Positions 13,630 to 23,474 of a stretch of 64,000 bases of DNA are shown one piece after another. How positions within the stretch are numbered: the stretch's first letter is position 1; each line of letters opens with the position of its first letter. The DNA lies in assembly GCA_963752595.1 (NCBI GenBank), contig CAVVYZ010000002.1, positions 192,001-256,000 on the forward strand, given 5' to 3'. The notes under the pieces were generated by a model. The model was not told the origin of the DNA and searched no databases. It saw only the letters and a program-made list of their open reading frames with translations. This stretch comes from an uncultured delta proteobacterium (lineage in GTDB: Bacteria; Desulfobacterota; Desulfomonilia; UBA1062). The translations under genes were made by a program, and so were the position numbers.

Positions 13630-13663
13630 AAGGTTCTTTAATAGGGAAGGTTCTTTAATAGGG
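13630..13663. repeat. Perfect 17-bp tandem duplication AAGGTTCTTTAATAGGG x2
   Basis: Read directly at 13630-13646 and 13647-13663, abutting the RBS. Confidence 0.85.
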
Positions 13664-13672
13664 GAGGTTTAG

Positions 13673-14122
13673 GTGTCCGAAGGATTGGATATTCTCATAA
13701 TCGATGACGAAAAAAATGTGTGTGAAGTTTTATCCGAGCACATCGAGAAATTTTACACCTGGGGAGATATCACTACCTGTACCGACGTAGACAGGGCAAT
13801 CTCCTACTGCAGGAGCCGGAACGGCGGCATCATGATCTTTGTCCTGGATGTTTTTGTGGGGCAGAACAACGGGTTCTATTTCCTGGATGCCATTGCGGAC
13901 AAGTATCCCAATGCCTACCACGATACGATCATGATCACGGGCAATGCCAACGACGATATCGTGGACATGTGCGTGGCATCGGGAGTGAATCATCTCCTGG
14001 AAAAGCCCGTGAAGCCCTATGCGCTGCAGCTCGCCGTACGGGCGATCGTATCGAAGTATCTCAAGTTCGCCAAGATGCTCCTGAACGACCCTGAGTTCGC
14101 CGAGCATATCGAGAGGATCTGA
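13673..14122 (+). CDS. Single-domain response regulator (receiver)
   Basis: ILIIDDE, FVLDV, IMITG, LEKP. Confidence 0.85.
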   Translation: MSEGLDILIIDDEKNVCEVLSEHIEKFYTWGDITTCTDVDRAISYCRSRNGGIMIFVLDVFVGQNNGFYFLDAIADKYPNAYHDTIMITGNANDDIVDMCVASGVNHLLEKPVKPYALQLAVRAIVSKYLKFAKMLLNDPEFAEHIERI

Positions 14123-14249
14123 TGCGTATCCGGCATAATGAGGAGAGACTCAGTCCGTTTCCCCCCCGATGGTGCGGCTCTTGCCTGTCCGGGTAATTCT
14201 TACGGGCGATGCGGCAGGGATGAAGACCGGCAAAGTCAGTCTGCTGGCG

Positions 14250-14642
14250 CTAAGAGCCGCCTTCTTGATTGCAGATATGCTGCCAGAGCTCGTAATCGGA
14301 TACCTTGGTGATGATCACGGCCATCTCTTTCCCCTTTGAATCGAAGCGGATTACATCTCCCCACAGGGTCAGCGAAGGCTTTGAGAGGTGCACTTTGATG
14401 GACTTGCCCACAAGGGTATGGGCTTTGGCAGGCGTGAACCGGTTCTCCGGATCGCTGGGCACGGATGTGAACTTCAGGCAGAACCCTCCCCAACTGATAT
14501 CTTTCGTCTGGGCTATGAGCCGGATATCCTTGTCTTTTGTGGCCAGGCTCAGGGTAGGCCTTTCTTGATCTTCGAGATTGATGTTGATCATGGCCTTGAT
14601 TTTTTGCTGCTTTCGGGGATATTCTCTTTTGATATCATCCAT
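14250..14642 (-). CDS. PilZ-domain protein
   Basis: KREYPR (RxxxR) and DISWGG (DxSxxG); start at MDDIKR rather than the long ORF start. Confidence 0.7.
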   Translation of the reverse strand: MDDIKREYPRKQQKIKAMININLEDQERPTLSLATKDKDIRLIAQTKDISWGGFCLKFTSVPSDPENRFTPAKAHTLVGKSIKVHLSKPSLTLWGDVIRFDSKGKEMAVIITKVSDYELWQHICNQEGGS

Positions 14643-14762
14643 AACACCATCCTGCTGATGACCATTTTTATCTATTATAGCAATTTTGTTGAAATTTGCA
14701 ATCAAGCTTGAATGTCTTTGTTTTTGTAGGTAAATAAGCAGGTATGTGATAAGGAGCATTTC

Positions 14763-15533
14763 ATGGAAGTAATTGTAGCCGTATGCATATTTTTCGCCTT
14801 TATCGGCATGATCTGGTATCTTTCCAGAAAGTCGCAGGGGAAGAGCGATGCTGATTTCCTTCACAGCATCCGGAAGGCAGCGGATTGCGGAGACCCGATT
14901 GCACAGTTCAAGCTCGGCAGCATGTACTCCGAAGGCAGCGCCATAGACCGCAACGACGCTGAAGCTGCGAAATGGTATCTCAAAGCAGCAGAGCAGGATC
15001 ACATCGAGGCCCAGTTCATCCTTGGAATGATGTATGAGCGGGGCGACGGTGTGCCGAGGGATGATGACCAGTCGTATAAATGGATAGAAAAGGCTGCCCG
15101 CCAGGGATATGCCCGGGCACGGGTCATGCTGGAATCGGACAAATGGGTGAATTACCTTCAGGCAAGGAAGCCTGCAGAAGAAACTCCTGATTCGTCCGCC
15201 GGCAGTGGGCCCGCGGTAAGCAAAGAACAGATAGACAAATACCTGCAAAAGGCCGGGGACGGAGACGTGGATGCCCAGTACAACCTCGGGATAATATACT
15301 ACCATGGTGAAGGCATTCCCAAGGATTTCGCGCAGGCCATGATCTGGTTCCAGAAAGCAGCGGAGCAGGACGATGCCGATGCCCAGTACAACCTCGGGTT
15401 CATGTACGGCAGGGGCGAAGGCGTAAAGAAGAGTCATGGGCAGTCATTCGAGTGGTTCAAGAAGGCTGCCGCGCTCGGTCATGCCGGGGCGCAGGAAATA
15501 TTGGCAAAGATGCAGAAAAAGGCCGAATCCTAA
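14763..15533 (+). CDS. Membrane-anchored Sel1-repeat protein
   Basis: N-terminal TM; repeats AQFKLGSMY, AQYNLGIIYYHGEG, WFKKAA. Confidence 0.9.
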   Translation: MEVIVAVCIFFAFIGMIWYLSRKSQGKSDADFLHSIRKAADCGDPIAQFKLGSMYSEGSAIDRNDAEAAKWYLKAAEQDHIEAQFILGMMYERGDGVPRDDDQSYKWIEKAARQGYARARVMLESDKWVNYLQARKPAEETPDSSAGSGPAVSKEQIDKYLQKAGDGDVDAQYNLGIIYYHGEGIPKDFAQAMIWFQKAAEQDDADAQYNLGFMYGRGEGVKKSHGQSFEWFKKAAALGHAGAQEILAKMQKKAES

Positions 15534-15606
15534 AGAGAAGGGCCTCGGAAATCCTCATCAGGCTCCTGGTGAAGATTGGCGCAGGCCGGTTTTCTAAAAA
15601 CAATCC

Positions 15607-16380
15607 ATGGGAAAAAGTACAAAGCGATTTTACACCGTCATCAAGGGCAGGAAGCCGGGCATTTACAATACCTGGTTCGGTCAGGGCGGTGCCCAGGAGC
15701 AGATCTCGTCATTCCCCGGAGCTGTGTATAAAGGGTTCGCAACACTCCAGGAGGCCCGCGAATACGCGACTGGATCTTCGGGCGCTCAGAACCACAGGAA
15801 ACGTACCATGAAAGAACCCCCCGATCTTCAGCAGAAGGCCGGAAATCAGAATGAAATCCATGCCCAAGCCGCCAATGCAGACGATATCACGATTTATTCC
15901 GATGGCGGATGCATCAATAATCCGGGCCCAGGAGGATACGGGGTAGTCATCATCGACGGGGGAAAAAGGACAGAGCTGTCCGGAGGCTTCCGTCTCACCA
16001 CGAACAACAGGATGGAGCTCATGGGAATTATCATGGGCCTGAAATCCCTCGGCAGAAAATCCGGCAGGCAGGTCACGGTATATACGGATTCACGCTACGT
16101 GATAAACGGCATCACAAAGGGCTGGGCCAGGAAGTGGAGAAACAACGACTGGATGAGGGATGCCAAGCACCGCGCCGAGAACATTGATCTATGGGCAATA
16201 CTGCTTGATCTGTGCGATATATACACCCCGAAATTCATCTGGGTGAAGGGGCATGCGGGGAATGTGGAGAATGAACGTTGCGATGTCCTGGCAGGCCGGT
16301 CGGCACTCCAGGCCGATCTCCCGGCCGACCTTGCCTACGAAAAAGGCAAGACCGCGATCGAACAACCGACTCTTTTTTAG
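15607..16380 (+). CDS. rnhA: Ribonuclease HI with N-terminal hybrid-binding (viroplasmin-like) domain
   Basis: FYTVIKGRKPGIYNTW; YSDGGC, TTNNRMEL, YTDSRY, WVKGHAG..ENERCD. Confidence 0.92.
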   Translation: MGKSTKRFYTVIKGRKPGIYNTWFGQGGAQEQISSFPGAVYKGFATLQEAREYATGSSGAQNHRKRTMKEPPDLQQKAGNQNEIHAQAANADDITIYSDGGCINNPGPGGYGVVIIDGGKRTELSGGFRLTTNNRMELMGIIMGLKSLGRKSGRQVTVYTDSRYVINGITKGWARKWRNNDWMRDAKHRAENIDLWAILLDLCDIYTPKFIWVKGHAGNVENERCDVLAGRSALQADLPADLAYEKGKTAIEQPTLF

Positions 16381-16493
16381 AAGCCCATATACAGCGTCCC
16401 GTTCACCGGATCAAGGCACGCTTCACCCGGGGCGAGAGTATGTTCATTATCGGCTACGGCAGGCTGAATAAGGTTTTCAAAGCAGAGAAAGGT

Positions 16494-17138
16494 CTACGCT
16501 GCTTCAGATTCGAATCGCTGCCTCAGTTGTGCGCGAGCTGCATAAGCGTTGCTCCCCTGTATTATAAGCGGTACTCTCTTCACGGAAGCCGAGGTCTTCT
16601 TCAATTTTTTCATACCTGAGAGGCCGATGAGCCCTATGCCGCCCAGGAACATCATCATCGGTTGAGATGACGGTGCGGCATCACCCTGATCAGCAACGGC
16701 GAGGTCATCGATCAGAAGGCAGGCCGTATCCGGCCTGGAAGGATATGCAGAGATGTACCTGGCGTCTGACACAACGACGCAGAAGGTATGGGGATCGATT
16801 GAGTATGAGGCTTTCATGCCCCTGTGAGAATTGCCTGTGAAAAGCTCTGCGCCCTTTGATTGCAGGAAGTTCTCCGGCAATCCGTAGAAGCCTTTTCCGA
16901 TGGTTCCGGTCAAGAAACCTACACTGCCGATGCCCCCGGAAAATGTTCCATGGGGGCCGTATACAAGGCCCGAGCCTGAAAAGCTGACATCCCCGGCGAA
17001 CCGCTCCGGACAACTCCACTGAGTGTGTGCATCGTTTTCGACTGAGCTGCTAAAATCAATGACCTGAGAAAACGCCCCGGGTATGAAAACCGCAATCCAT
17101 GCTAAGGCCGCACATATCTGCACGACTACCCTTCTCAT
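16494..17138 (-). CDS. Exported protein with degenerate PEP-CTERM-like C-terminal anchor
   Basis: Signal peptide; PSSQPMMMFLGGIGLIGLSGMKKLKK. Confidence 0.5.
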   Translation of the reverse strand: MRRVVVQICAALAWIAVFIPGAFSQVIDFSSSVENDAHTQWSCPERFAGDVSFSGSGLVYGPHGTFSGGIGSVGFLTGTIGKGFYGLPENFLQSKGAELFTGNSHRGMKASYSIDPHTFCVVVSDARYISAYPSRPDTACLLIDDLAVADQGDAAPSSQPMMMFLGGIGLIGLSGMKKLKKTSASVKRVPLIIQGSNAYAARAQLRQRFESEAA

Positions 17139-17419
17139 TATTTTAGTCCTCCAAACAGGATTACACTGCTCATGAAACCACGTGATTATCTGTTACGACG
17201 ATCTTTATACGTGGTAAAAAAACATATTTTGCGGCAGGTTCAGGCCTTTAAACATGCATTAATAAATTTGTCAAGCAATAAAGTAATTATTTATAAGGCA
17301 CTGGTTATATAATGACTTTCATGAAACGAACAGGAATTATGAATATGATGGATATTTCTCTCCAACGTCCCTATATATGCAATGCTGATTCAAATCAAAG
17401 AATATAGGCAGGTAATATA

Positions 17420-17815
17420 ATGTTTCTGAAACTCTTCCTTGCTTTTACCCTCATACCGATAGCCGAGCTTTACCTTCTCGTCAAAGCCGGGCAGTATATC
17501 GGGGCACTCAATACCGTAGTCATCGTGATCATAACCGGAGTTGCAGGAGCATACCTCGCCCGCCTCCAGGGGATTCATACGCTCTATAAGATCAAATCCG
17601 CCCTGCAGCAGGGCAGGCTCCCTTCAGGTGAACTCGTTGATGCCCTGCTGATCTTTATCGCAGGCATGGCGCTTCTGATGCCGGGTTTTATTACCGATGC
17701 AGCGGGGCTCATACTTCTCTTCCCCCCGGGCAGGGCAGTGGTAAAGAAGCTGCTCGCTGAGAAGATCAGGGTCTGGATGGGGAGTAGAACCATCCATATC
17801 AATTACAATCCGTAA
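17420..17815 (+). CDS. fxsA: FxsA family membrane protein
   Basis: IPIAELYLL, LARLQG, LLMPGFITD. Confidence 0.88.
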   Translation: MFLKLFLAFTLIPIAELYLLVKAGQYIGALNTVVIVIITGVAGAYLARLQGIHTLYKIKSALQQGRLPSGELVDALLIFIAGMALLMPGFITDAAGLILLFPPGRAVVKKLLAEKIRVWMGSRTIHINYNP

Positions 17816-17838
17816 GTCGATTTTCGAGGCGAAAGATT

Positions 17839-18177
17839 TCACTCCGAGCAGAGCTTTGCCCACGCTTCATCGTCTGTGGTGCCGGTAATGGAGACCGCAC
17901 CCTCTCCCTTGGCGGGATTGATCCGTACAAGGGTGCCGTTTACCGTCAGTGATTGGGAAGGAAACATAATCTTTATATTAGCGCCGATATAATCGCTCAT
18001 CTGCGCCGGTTTTATTAACTTGAATATATTCGGCGCCACGAGACACATGCCCGACTTGCTGATGTCCCTGGCATAGCCTCTGCCGTTCAGGTATATGCCC
18101 ATCTTGAGGAGGGCGATGATTTTCACCTTCTTGCGGCTGTGTTTCCTTTTCTCCCGGCCTGTAAAATGAGTCGGCAT
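17839..18177 (-). CDS. PilZ-domain protein
   Basis: EKRKHSR and RDISKSG motifs. Confidence 0.72.
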   Translation of the reverse strand: MPTHFTGREKRKHSRKKVKIIALLKMGIYLNGRGYARDISKSGMCLVAPNIFKLIKPAQMSDYIGANIKIMFPSQSLTVNGTLVRINPAKGEGAVSITGTTDDEAWAKLCSE

Positions 18178-18409
18178 AGCAGCGTCCGTTCCCTTTTCCT
18201 TAAGACCGACGGGTAGCCCCCGGTCAAATATTATCAACTTGTAACTAATGAGATATGTATATCTTTTCTTTCCCGCCTTTGCAAGCGAAAGGAATTTCAC
18301 TCCATGATATGCAGGCATGATCGAATCCGGCCTGCGGTATGGGCAGGTACTGTCACGGCTGACCGGAGTCATCGCCGGCATCCGGGAAAGCGGTTATGAA
18401 CCGGGACGG

Positions 18410-19522
18410 TCAGGGCCGCCCCTTGTTTTCAAAGATGGGCAGGATAAGCTGCTCCGGCTTCTTCGGCCCTTTGGGGGGCAACTCGAAACCCGATACGGTA
18501 ATACCCAGGAGCCTCACCTTCCGTGAGCCTGCCTCGGTGTCCTTGAGAAGGATCAAGGTATTTTTCATGATCTCCTCGGCCTGATCGACCAAGTATTCGA
18601 GGGTGATGCTCCGGGTAATGCTCTGGAAGTCGTGGTACTTGAGCTTGAGCGTCACGGTTCTCCCCTTGAGGCGCCTTTCCTGCAGCATCTCCTGGACGTC
18701 ATCCGCGAGCCCGGAAAGGATGGATGCCATGAGAACAAGATCGTTGATGTCTTCATCGAGGGTGATCTCCCGCCCCAGGGATTTCCTCACCCGCACCGGC
18801 ATCACCGGCCTTTGGTCGATGCCGTGAGCGATGCAGTGAAAGTATGCCCCGCTTTTGCCGAAGATCCCGGTCAGCTCTTCCGGTGAGAATCTCCTCAGGT
18901 CTGCTCCGGTTTCGATGCCCAGCGACCGCATCCTCTCCTCGGTGACCCTGCCGACTCCATGGAACTTCCCGATGGGGAGCCTGGCAATGAACTCAAGGGC
19001 CTGATCGGGGGTCACCACCGTGAGCCCGTCCGGTTTGCGGAAATCCGAGGCCGCCTTTGCAAGGAACTTGTTATAAGAGACGCCTGCCGATGCGGTGAGG
19101 CCGGTCTTCTCCCGGATCTCCGCACGGATGAGGCGTGCGATCTCCGTGGCGATGGCGATACCCTTTTTGTTCAGTGTCACATCGAGGAATGCCTCATCGA
19201 GGGAGAGGGGTTCCACAAGGTCGGTATATTCATGGAAGATCTCCATGATCTGGCCGGATACCTCGTGATACATGTCGAACCGCGGCGGAAGGAAGACCGC
19301 CGGGGGACAGAGCTTCCTGGCTTGCGATGAGGGCATGGCGGAATGGATGCCGAATTTCCGCGCCTCATAGGAACATGCAGCGACCACGCCCCGTCTGTGG
19401 GGATCACCCCCCACGATAACGGGCCTGCCCCGGAGCTCCGGATTGTCCCGCTGCTCCACGGATGCATAGAAAGCATCCATATCTATGTGGATAATCTTGC
19501 GCCCTTCCTGCATGTACTTCAC
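18410..19522 (-). CDS. dinB: DNA polymerase IV
   Basis: IIHIDMDAFYASVE, SYEAR, LSLDEAFLD, KFLAKAASD. Confidence 0.95.
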   Translation of the reverse strand: MKYMQEGRKIIHIDMDAFYASVEQRDNPELRGRPVIVGGDPHRRGVVAACSYEARKFGIHSAMPSSQARKLCPPAVFLPPRFDMYHEVSGQIMEIFHEYTDLVEPLSLDEAFLDVTLNKKGIAIATEIARLIRAEIREKTGLTASAGVSYNKFLAKAASDFRKPDGLTVVTPDQALEFIARLPIGKFHGVGRVTEERMRSLGIETGADLRRFSPEELTGIFGKSGAYFHCIAHGIDQRPVMPVRVRKSLGREITLDEDINDLVLMASILSGLADDVQEMLQERRLKGRTVTLKLKYHDFQSITRSITLEYLVDQAEEIMKNTLILLKDTEAGSRKVRLLGITVSGFELPPKGPKKPEQLILPIFENKGRP

Positions 19523-19550
19523 ATATCGGAATCTTTAGATGCCGGATACC

Positions 19551-20021
19551 TTATTTCTCCGGCGCAAGGTCCTTTTTCGCCTTCAGCTTTGCCTCGATGA
19601 GCTGGGTGTGGTCCAGGTGCAGCAGATCAGCCAGATTATGCACGAGGTAATCTTCATACATATCGAGTCTGCCGTCTGCATAGATGACCTTCCAGATCAT
19701 CTCGACGATCCGGACTTTTTCTTGGGGCGAAAAATTCTGGTTGATAAGGCTTGTATACCGCCAGAGGTCGATGCTCTTTTTCACCTCATGGTCGGCTGCG
19801 TGCATGACCGATGCGATCTCCTGGTCGCTGAGTCCGTACTCGCCTTTCAGCGCCGTTATTATCCGCTGCCTCTCTTCCCCGGTAAACATGCCGTCGATAT
19901 GCGCAATCTCCAGCAGGAGGGCGCACGTGGCGATATGGAGCCTGTGCCGATGTGTCTTTTCATCAACTTCGTTTCTGCCTTCGGGCTGAATACCGAGCAT
20001 TTTTTTCATGAGATCGATCAT
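19551..20021 (-). CDS. TerB family protein
   Basis: ALLLEIAHIDG..EE, WKVIYADG..D.YE. Confidence 0.8.
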   Translation of the reverse strand: MIDLMKKMLGIQPEGRNEVDEKTHRHRLHIATCALLLEIAHIDGMFTGEERQRIITALKGEYGLSDQEIASVMHAADHEVKKSIDLWRYTSLINQNFSPQEKVRIVEMIWKVIYADGRLDMYEDYLVHNLADLLHLDHTQLIEAKLKAKKDLAPEK

Positions 20022-20072
20022 GGATTGGTTCCTTTTAGCTTTTAAAAAAACGGTTCCATACAGGGCAGCTTC

Positions 20073-20933
20073 CTATCCGGCAGAGAAGAACTCTTTGACG
20101 ATCCAGGTGATCCGGCCCGGCATCTCCATGGGAATGAGGTGACCGGCATTCTCCATGAGGATGTACTTTCCCCGGGGCATGATGGAGGCAGCCTTCTTGA
20201 GATCGATGAACGACCTGTTCTCGCTCTCGGAGCCCTCGATGATGAGCGCCGGGCATTCGACTTTCGGGATCAGGGGCCAGGGGTCAAAGTGCAGGCCTCC
20301 CATGAACAGGGAAGCCTCTCGTCTGGGCGAGCACGCAAGCGTCAAGCCGCCTGTCTCTCCATCCTTGAACCCGAAATCGAGGTATAACTTAAGCATTTCG
20401 TCATCCCATTTTTTGAAGAGCTCCCTCGATTTGAGGTACGAGAAGGCTTCATCCTTGTCTTTCCAGAAATCCCTTCTCTTGATTGACTTGGAGGCGAGGG
20501 GGTGCTGGTCCAGGCTTATCCGCATCTTGTAAAAATCCTGCGGCAGGAATATGGGCTCGATGAGAACGATCCCGGTGGTGTCCAGGCCGAATGCCGTATG
20601 TGCCATGGTAAGCACGGTGGCCCCCATGGAATGACCCACAAGCCCCGGCTTCTCGATCTTGAGGCGCGAGCAGAAAACAGCCAGGTCCTCTGCAACCTGC
20701 ATCCAGCTCAAGCCGCCTTTTTCCGGGTCGGCTTCCCGGTGGTCGCAGAAATACGGGGCGATTATTCTCCAGGAGCGGGACAGCTCCCGTGCTATGGGAT
20801 GCCACAGCCAGGGCAGGAACCCGGTGGCATGCAGAAGGATAAGGGTAGGGCCGTCATTTTCGTACAGCAGATAGGATAGATCAGTATCGCCGATGTTCTG
20901 GGTGAGAACCTGCGGCCTTACGTCATCGAGCAT
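20073..20933 (-). CDS. Alpha/beta hydrolase
   Basis: LLHATGF, GHSMG nucleophile elbow, GHLIPME. Confidence 0.88.
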   Translation of the reverse strand: MLDDVRPQVLTQNIGDTDLSYLLYENDGPTLILLHATGFLPWLWHPIARELSRSWRIIAPYFCDHREADPEKGGLSWMQVAEDLAVFCSRLKIEKPGLVGHSMGATVLTMAHTAFGLDTTGIVLIEPIFLPQDFYKMRISLDQHPLASKSIKRRDFWKDKDEAFSYLKSRELFKKWDDEMLKLYLDFGFKDGETGGLTLACSPRREASLFMGGLHFDPWPLIPKVECPALIIEGSESENRSFIDLKKAASIMPRGKYILMENAGHLIPMEMPGRITWIVKEFFSAG

Positions 20934-21165
20934 TACACCCTCCTTGTTCGTGAAAGGATCAAAAGTCGGTGTCTTTCTATTATAGTAAATACCTTCCTGC
21001 GTTCAATATGTCATGTGAAATCAAAAGCGGGCTGGTCCGTTCATTCCATGCAGAAAGGCTGGGGCTTTTCCGGATGGATGAGCGATGCAGGTATTGCATC
21101 CCGGGGGTAATGGGATTATTATAACAAATGTTTGTAATTATAAGTTTAATTTAGTCGAGGGCCTG

Positions 21166-22443
21166 ATGAAGATAGCTGTCTGTCACTACTCATGTCCGCC
21201 CGTTATGGGAGGGGTCGAGACAGTGGTGGAGCAGCAGGCGCGCCTGCTGAAAAGGCATCATCATTATACCAAGGTGATCGCCGGGTCCGGCGGCAAATTC
21301 TCCCGGCATATCGATGTCGATATAAACCCGATGCTGGGTTCGGGCATCATGGATATTTACCGGCACACCTCCGACCGCGACACCCTGGAGGCCATGGAGC
21401 CGCAGATCCTTTCCATTCTGAGATTTCTGGAATATTCCCTCTCATCGTTCGAAGTCCTCATTGCCCATAATGTCCTTACCATGCCCTATAATCTTCCGCT
21501 TACCCATGCCATCCTCCGGATGGCCGGAAGCCGCATGCTCAAAGTCATCAGCTGGAATCACGATTCGCCTTTCTTCTCGCATAAGCCGGGTCAGGCCTAT
21601 CCGGAATCATGGGAGGTCCTCAGGCAGGCCTCGCCCGACGTCCATTATGTGAGCATATCCCAGGCAAGGAAGCAGCATTTCGAGGAGCTCTACGGCAACG
21701 GCTCGAACATAACGGTCATTCCCAACGGCATTTCCATCTCCAACTTCCTCAAGCTCCAGGATATCACGCATCGGCTCATCGAAGAGAAGAAGCTCTATGA
21801 AGCGGACCTTATCCTTCTGCAGCCCGGACGTTTCCATCCCGGGAAGAACATCGAGTTCAGCATCCGGGTAGTCAAGTCGCTTCTGAAGAAGGGAATCAAT
21901 GCGGTCATCATGCTGACGGCCACGATCGACCCGCACGATCCGGGATCCATCGAATATCACCACCGGGTCAAACAGGTCGTTGCCGAGGAGGGGATCGCCG
22001 ACCATGTCCTGTTCATCTCCGAGTACGTGTACCGGCAGACGTCTTCGCCCAATATCGACCGTGCCCTGCTGAGGGATCTCTACCACGTGGCTGATATCCT
22101 CTTCATCCCGAACCGCCAGGAAGGCTACGGCATAACGCTCCTGGAGGCCGCTGTCGCCAGGCTGCCCATTGTCTGCTCGGACATCCCGCTCTTCAAGGAG
22201 ATGTGCGGCGGGAACGGCTGCGTTTTCTCTCTGGACGAGTCGCCGGAGAAGGTTGGAGAAAGGATCGAGGGCTTTGCCGCCCACGGCCCTACGAGGATGT
22301 TCAAGCGGGTCTTCAAGGACTACAGCTGGGAAAATATCTACCAGGCCAAGATCCTGCCGCTGCTTAAAGATACCGGGACCTTCTCTGCATTATCCCTCCC
22401 GCGGGGCACCCGCAAAGCGGGTCGTGAGAGGAAGAAGTGTTAA
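21166..22443 (+). CDS. Glycosyltransferase family 4
   Basis: GGVE, VIPNGI, EGYGITLLEA, SDIPLF. Confidence 0.85.
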   Translation: MKIAVCHYSCPPVMGGVETVVEQQARLLKRHHHYTKVIAGSGGKFSRHIDVDINPMLGSGIMDIYRHTSDRDTLEAMEPQILSILRFLEYSLSSFEVLIAHNVLTMPYNLPLTHAILRMAGSRMLKVISWNHDSPFFSHKPGQAYPESWEVLRQASPDVHYVSISQARKQHFEELYGNGSNITVIPNGISISNFLKLQDITHRLIEEKKLYEADLILLQPGRFHPGKNIEFSIRVVKSLLKKGINAVIMLTATIDPHDPGSIEYHHRVKQVVAEEGIADHVLFISEYVYRQTSSPNIDRALLRDLYHVADILFIPNRQEGYGITLLEAAVARLPIVCSDIPLFKEMCGGNGCVFSLDESPEKVGERIEGFAAHGPTRMFKRVFKDYSWENIYQAKILPLLKDTGTFSALSLPRGTRKAGRERKKC

Positions 22444-22534
22444 TCATTCAAGAGTTTAAGACATATGCGATGTGCGGAGTGATTCAGGGTTTCCCGCGGC
22501 CTGCTTTGGAAGACAGGCCGCGGGGATGTGTGCA

Positions 22535-23474
22535 TTATTTCTTGTTCATGAGCGTTTCAATGTTCCTCAGGATCTCCTCCTGCCCGTAGTTCGGCAGGGT
22601 GAATACATAGGGGCTTCCGGAAGAGGTTGCCGGGGTTTTGTCCCCCTGCTTTGCATGGAGGGAGAGGGTATACTCTTTTACCCCGGCGAGCGTTACCGTT
22701 GTTTCCGGCGCGCCCAAGCTCTCCCTGGCCGGGTCTTCGAGGTATCCACCGCACTCGAGCCTGCTCAGAGAGGAGAGCAGGGTATCAACATCGGCTTTCG
22801 CAGCCTCGCGACCGGAATCATCCGCCCACAGGGTCTGCTTGGCCGGCGCTGCTGCATTCGGCTTTCCTGCCTCTTCCGCCTTTTCCCGGCGGGTGAGTGT
22901 GAGGGGCTTGCCGCCTTTGACGATGCCGATCTTCTTGATCTCATCGGCAGGGAATGCCAGGACCTGCCTGTTTCTCAGCTCGTTGATCCCGAGCTGGAAA
23001 TCCTCCCGGAAGTTATCTTTTGCCTGGTAGACCTTTGCATCCCCCGGGAGCATCACAAAGGTGTGGCGTGATGAAGGGGCGACCTTGCCCACATCGAAGG
23101 AGCGGCTCATGGAGGTGCCCGCAAAAGCCTTTACCGTGATCTTTTCTTCGCTGCTCAAGTCATAGCGGATGTAGTTCTTTGACTCGGACACCAGATCGGT
23201 AAGCGTAAGACCGCCGATATCTTTGAGCATCTTCTCGACTTTTACCGTGTCCGCCGGGTACCCCTTGGGATCGATATACCAGGCATTGTCTTTTTTGCTC
23301 ACCGATATGATCAGGCCTTTCCGGGCGATCTCGATCCTGGATAATCTTCTTGGTATCGACCTCCCCCGGCTGCGGGACCCGGTAATGGACCTGGTCGGTG
23401 CGCTTGAAGTACAGATAAGCCCCGAGCGCCAGGATGAGAACGATCAGGATGATGTATTCTTTCTTGTTCTTCAT
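22535..23474 (-). CDS. DUF4340 domain protein (one frameshift near 23340)
   Basis: Two joined ORFs (23160-23474 and 22535-23302), N-terminal TM, last gene of the GldAFG-type cluster. Confidence 0.7.

Noticed and set aside
14250-15437. 395-aa minus-strand ORF
   Set aside because: Mostly the antisense shadow of the Sel1 gene; only 14250-14642 looks like a real PilZ gene
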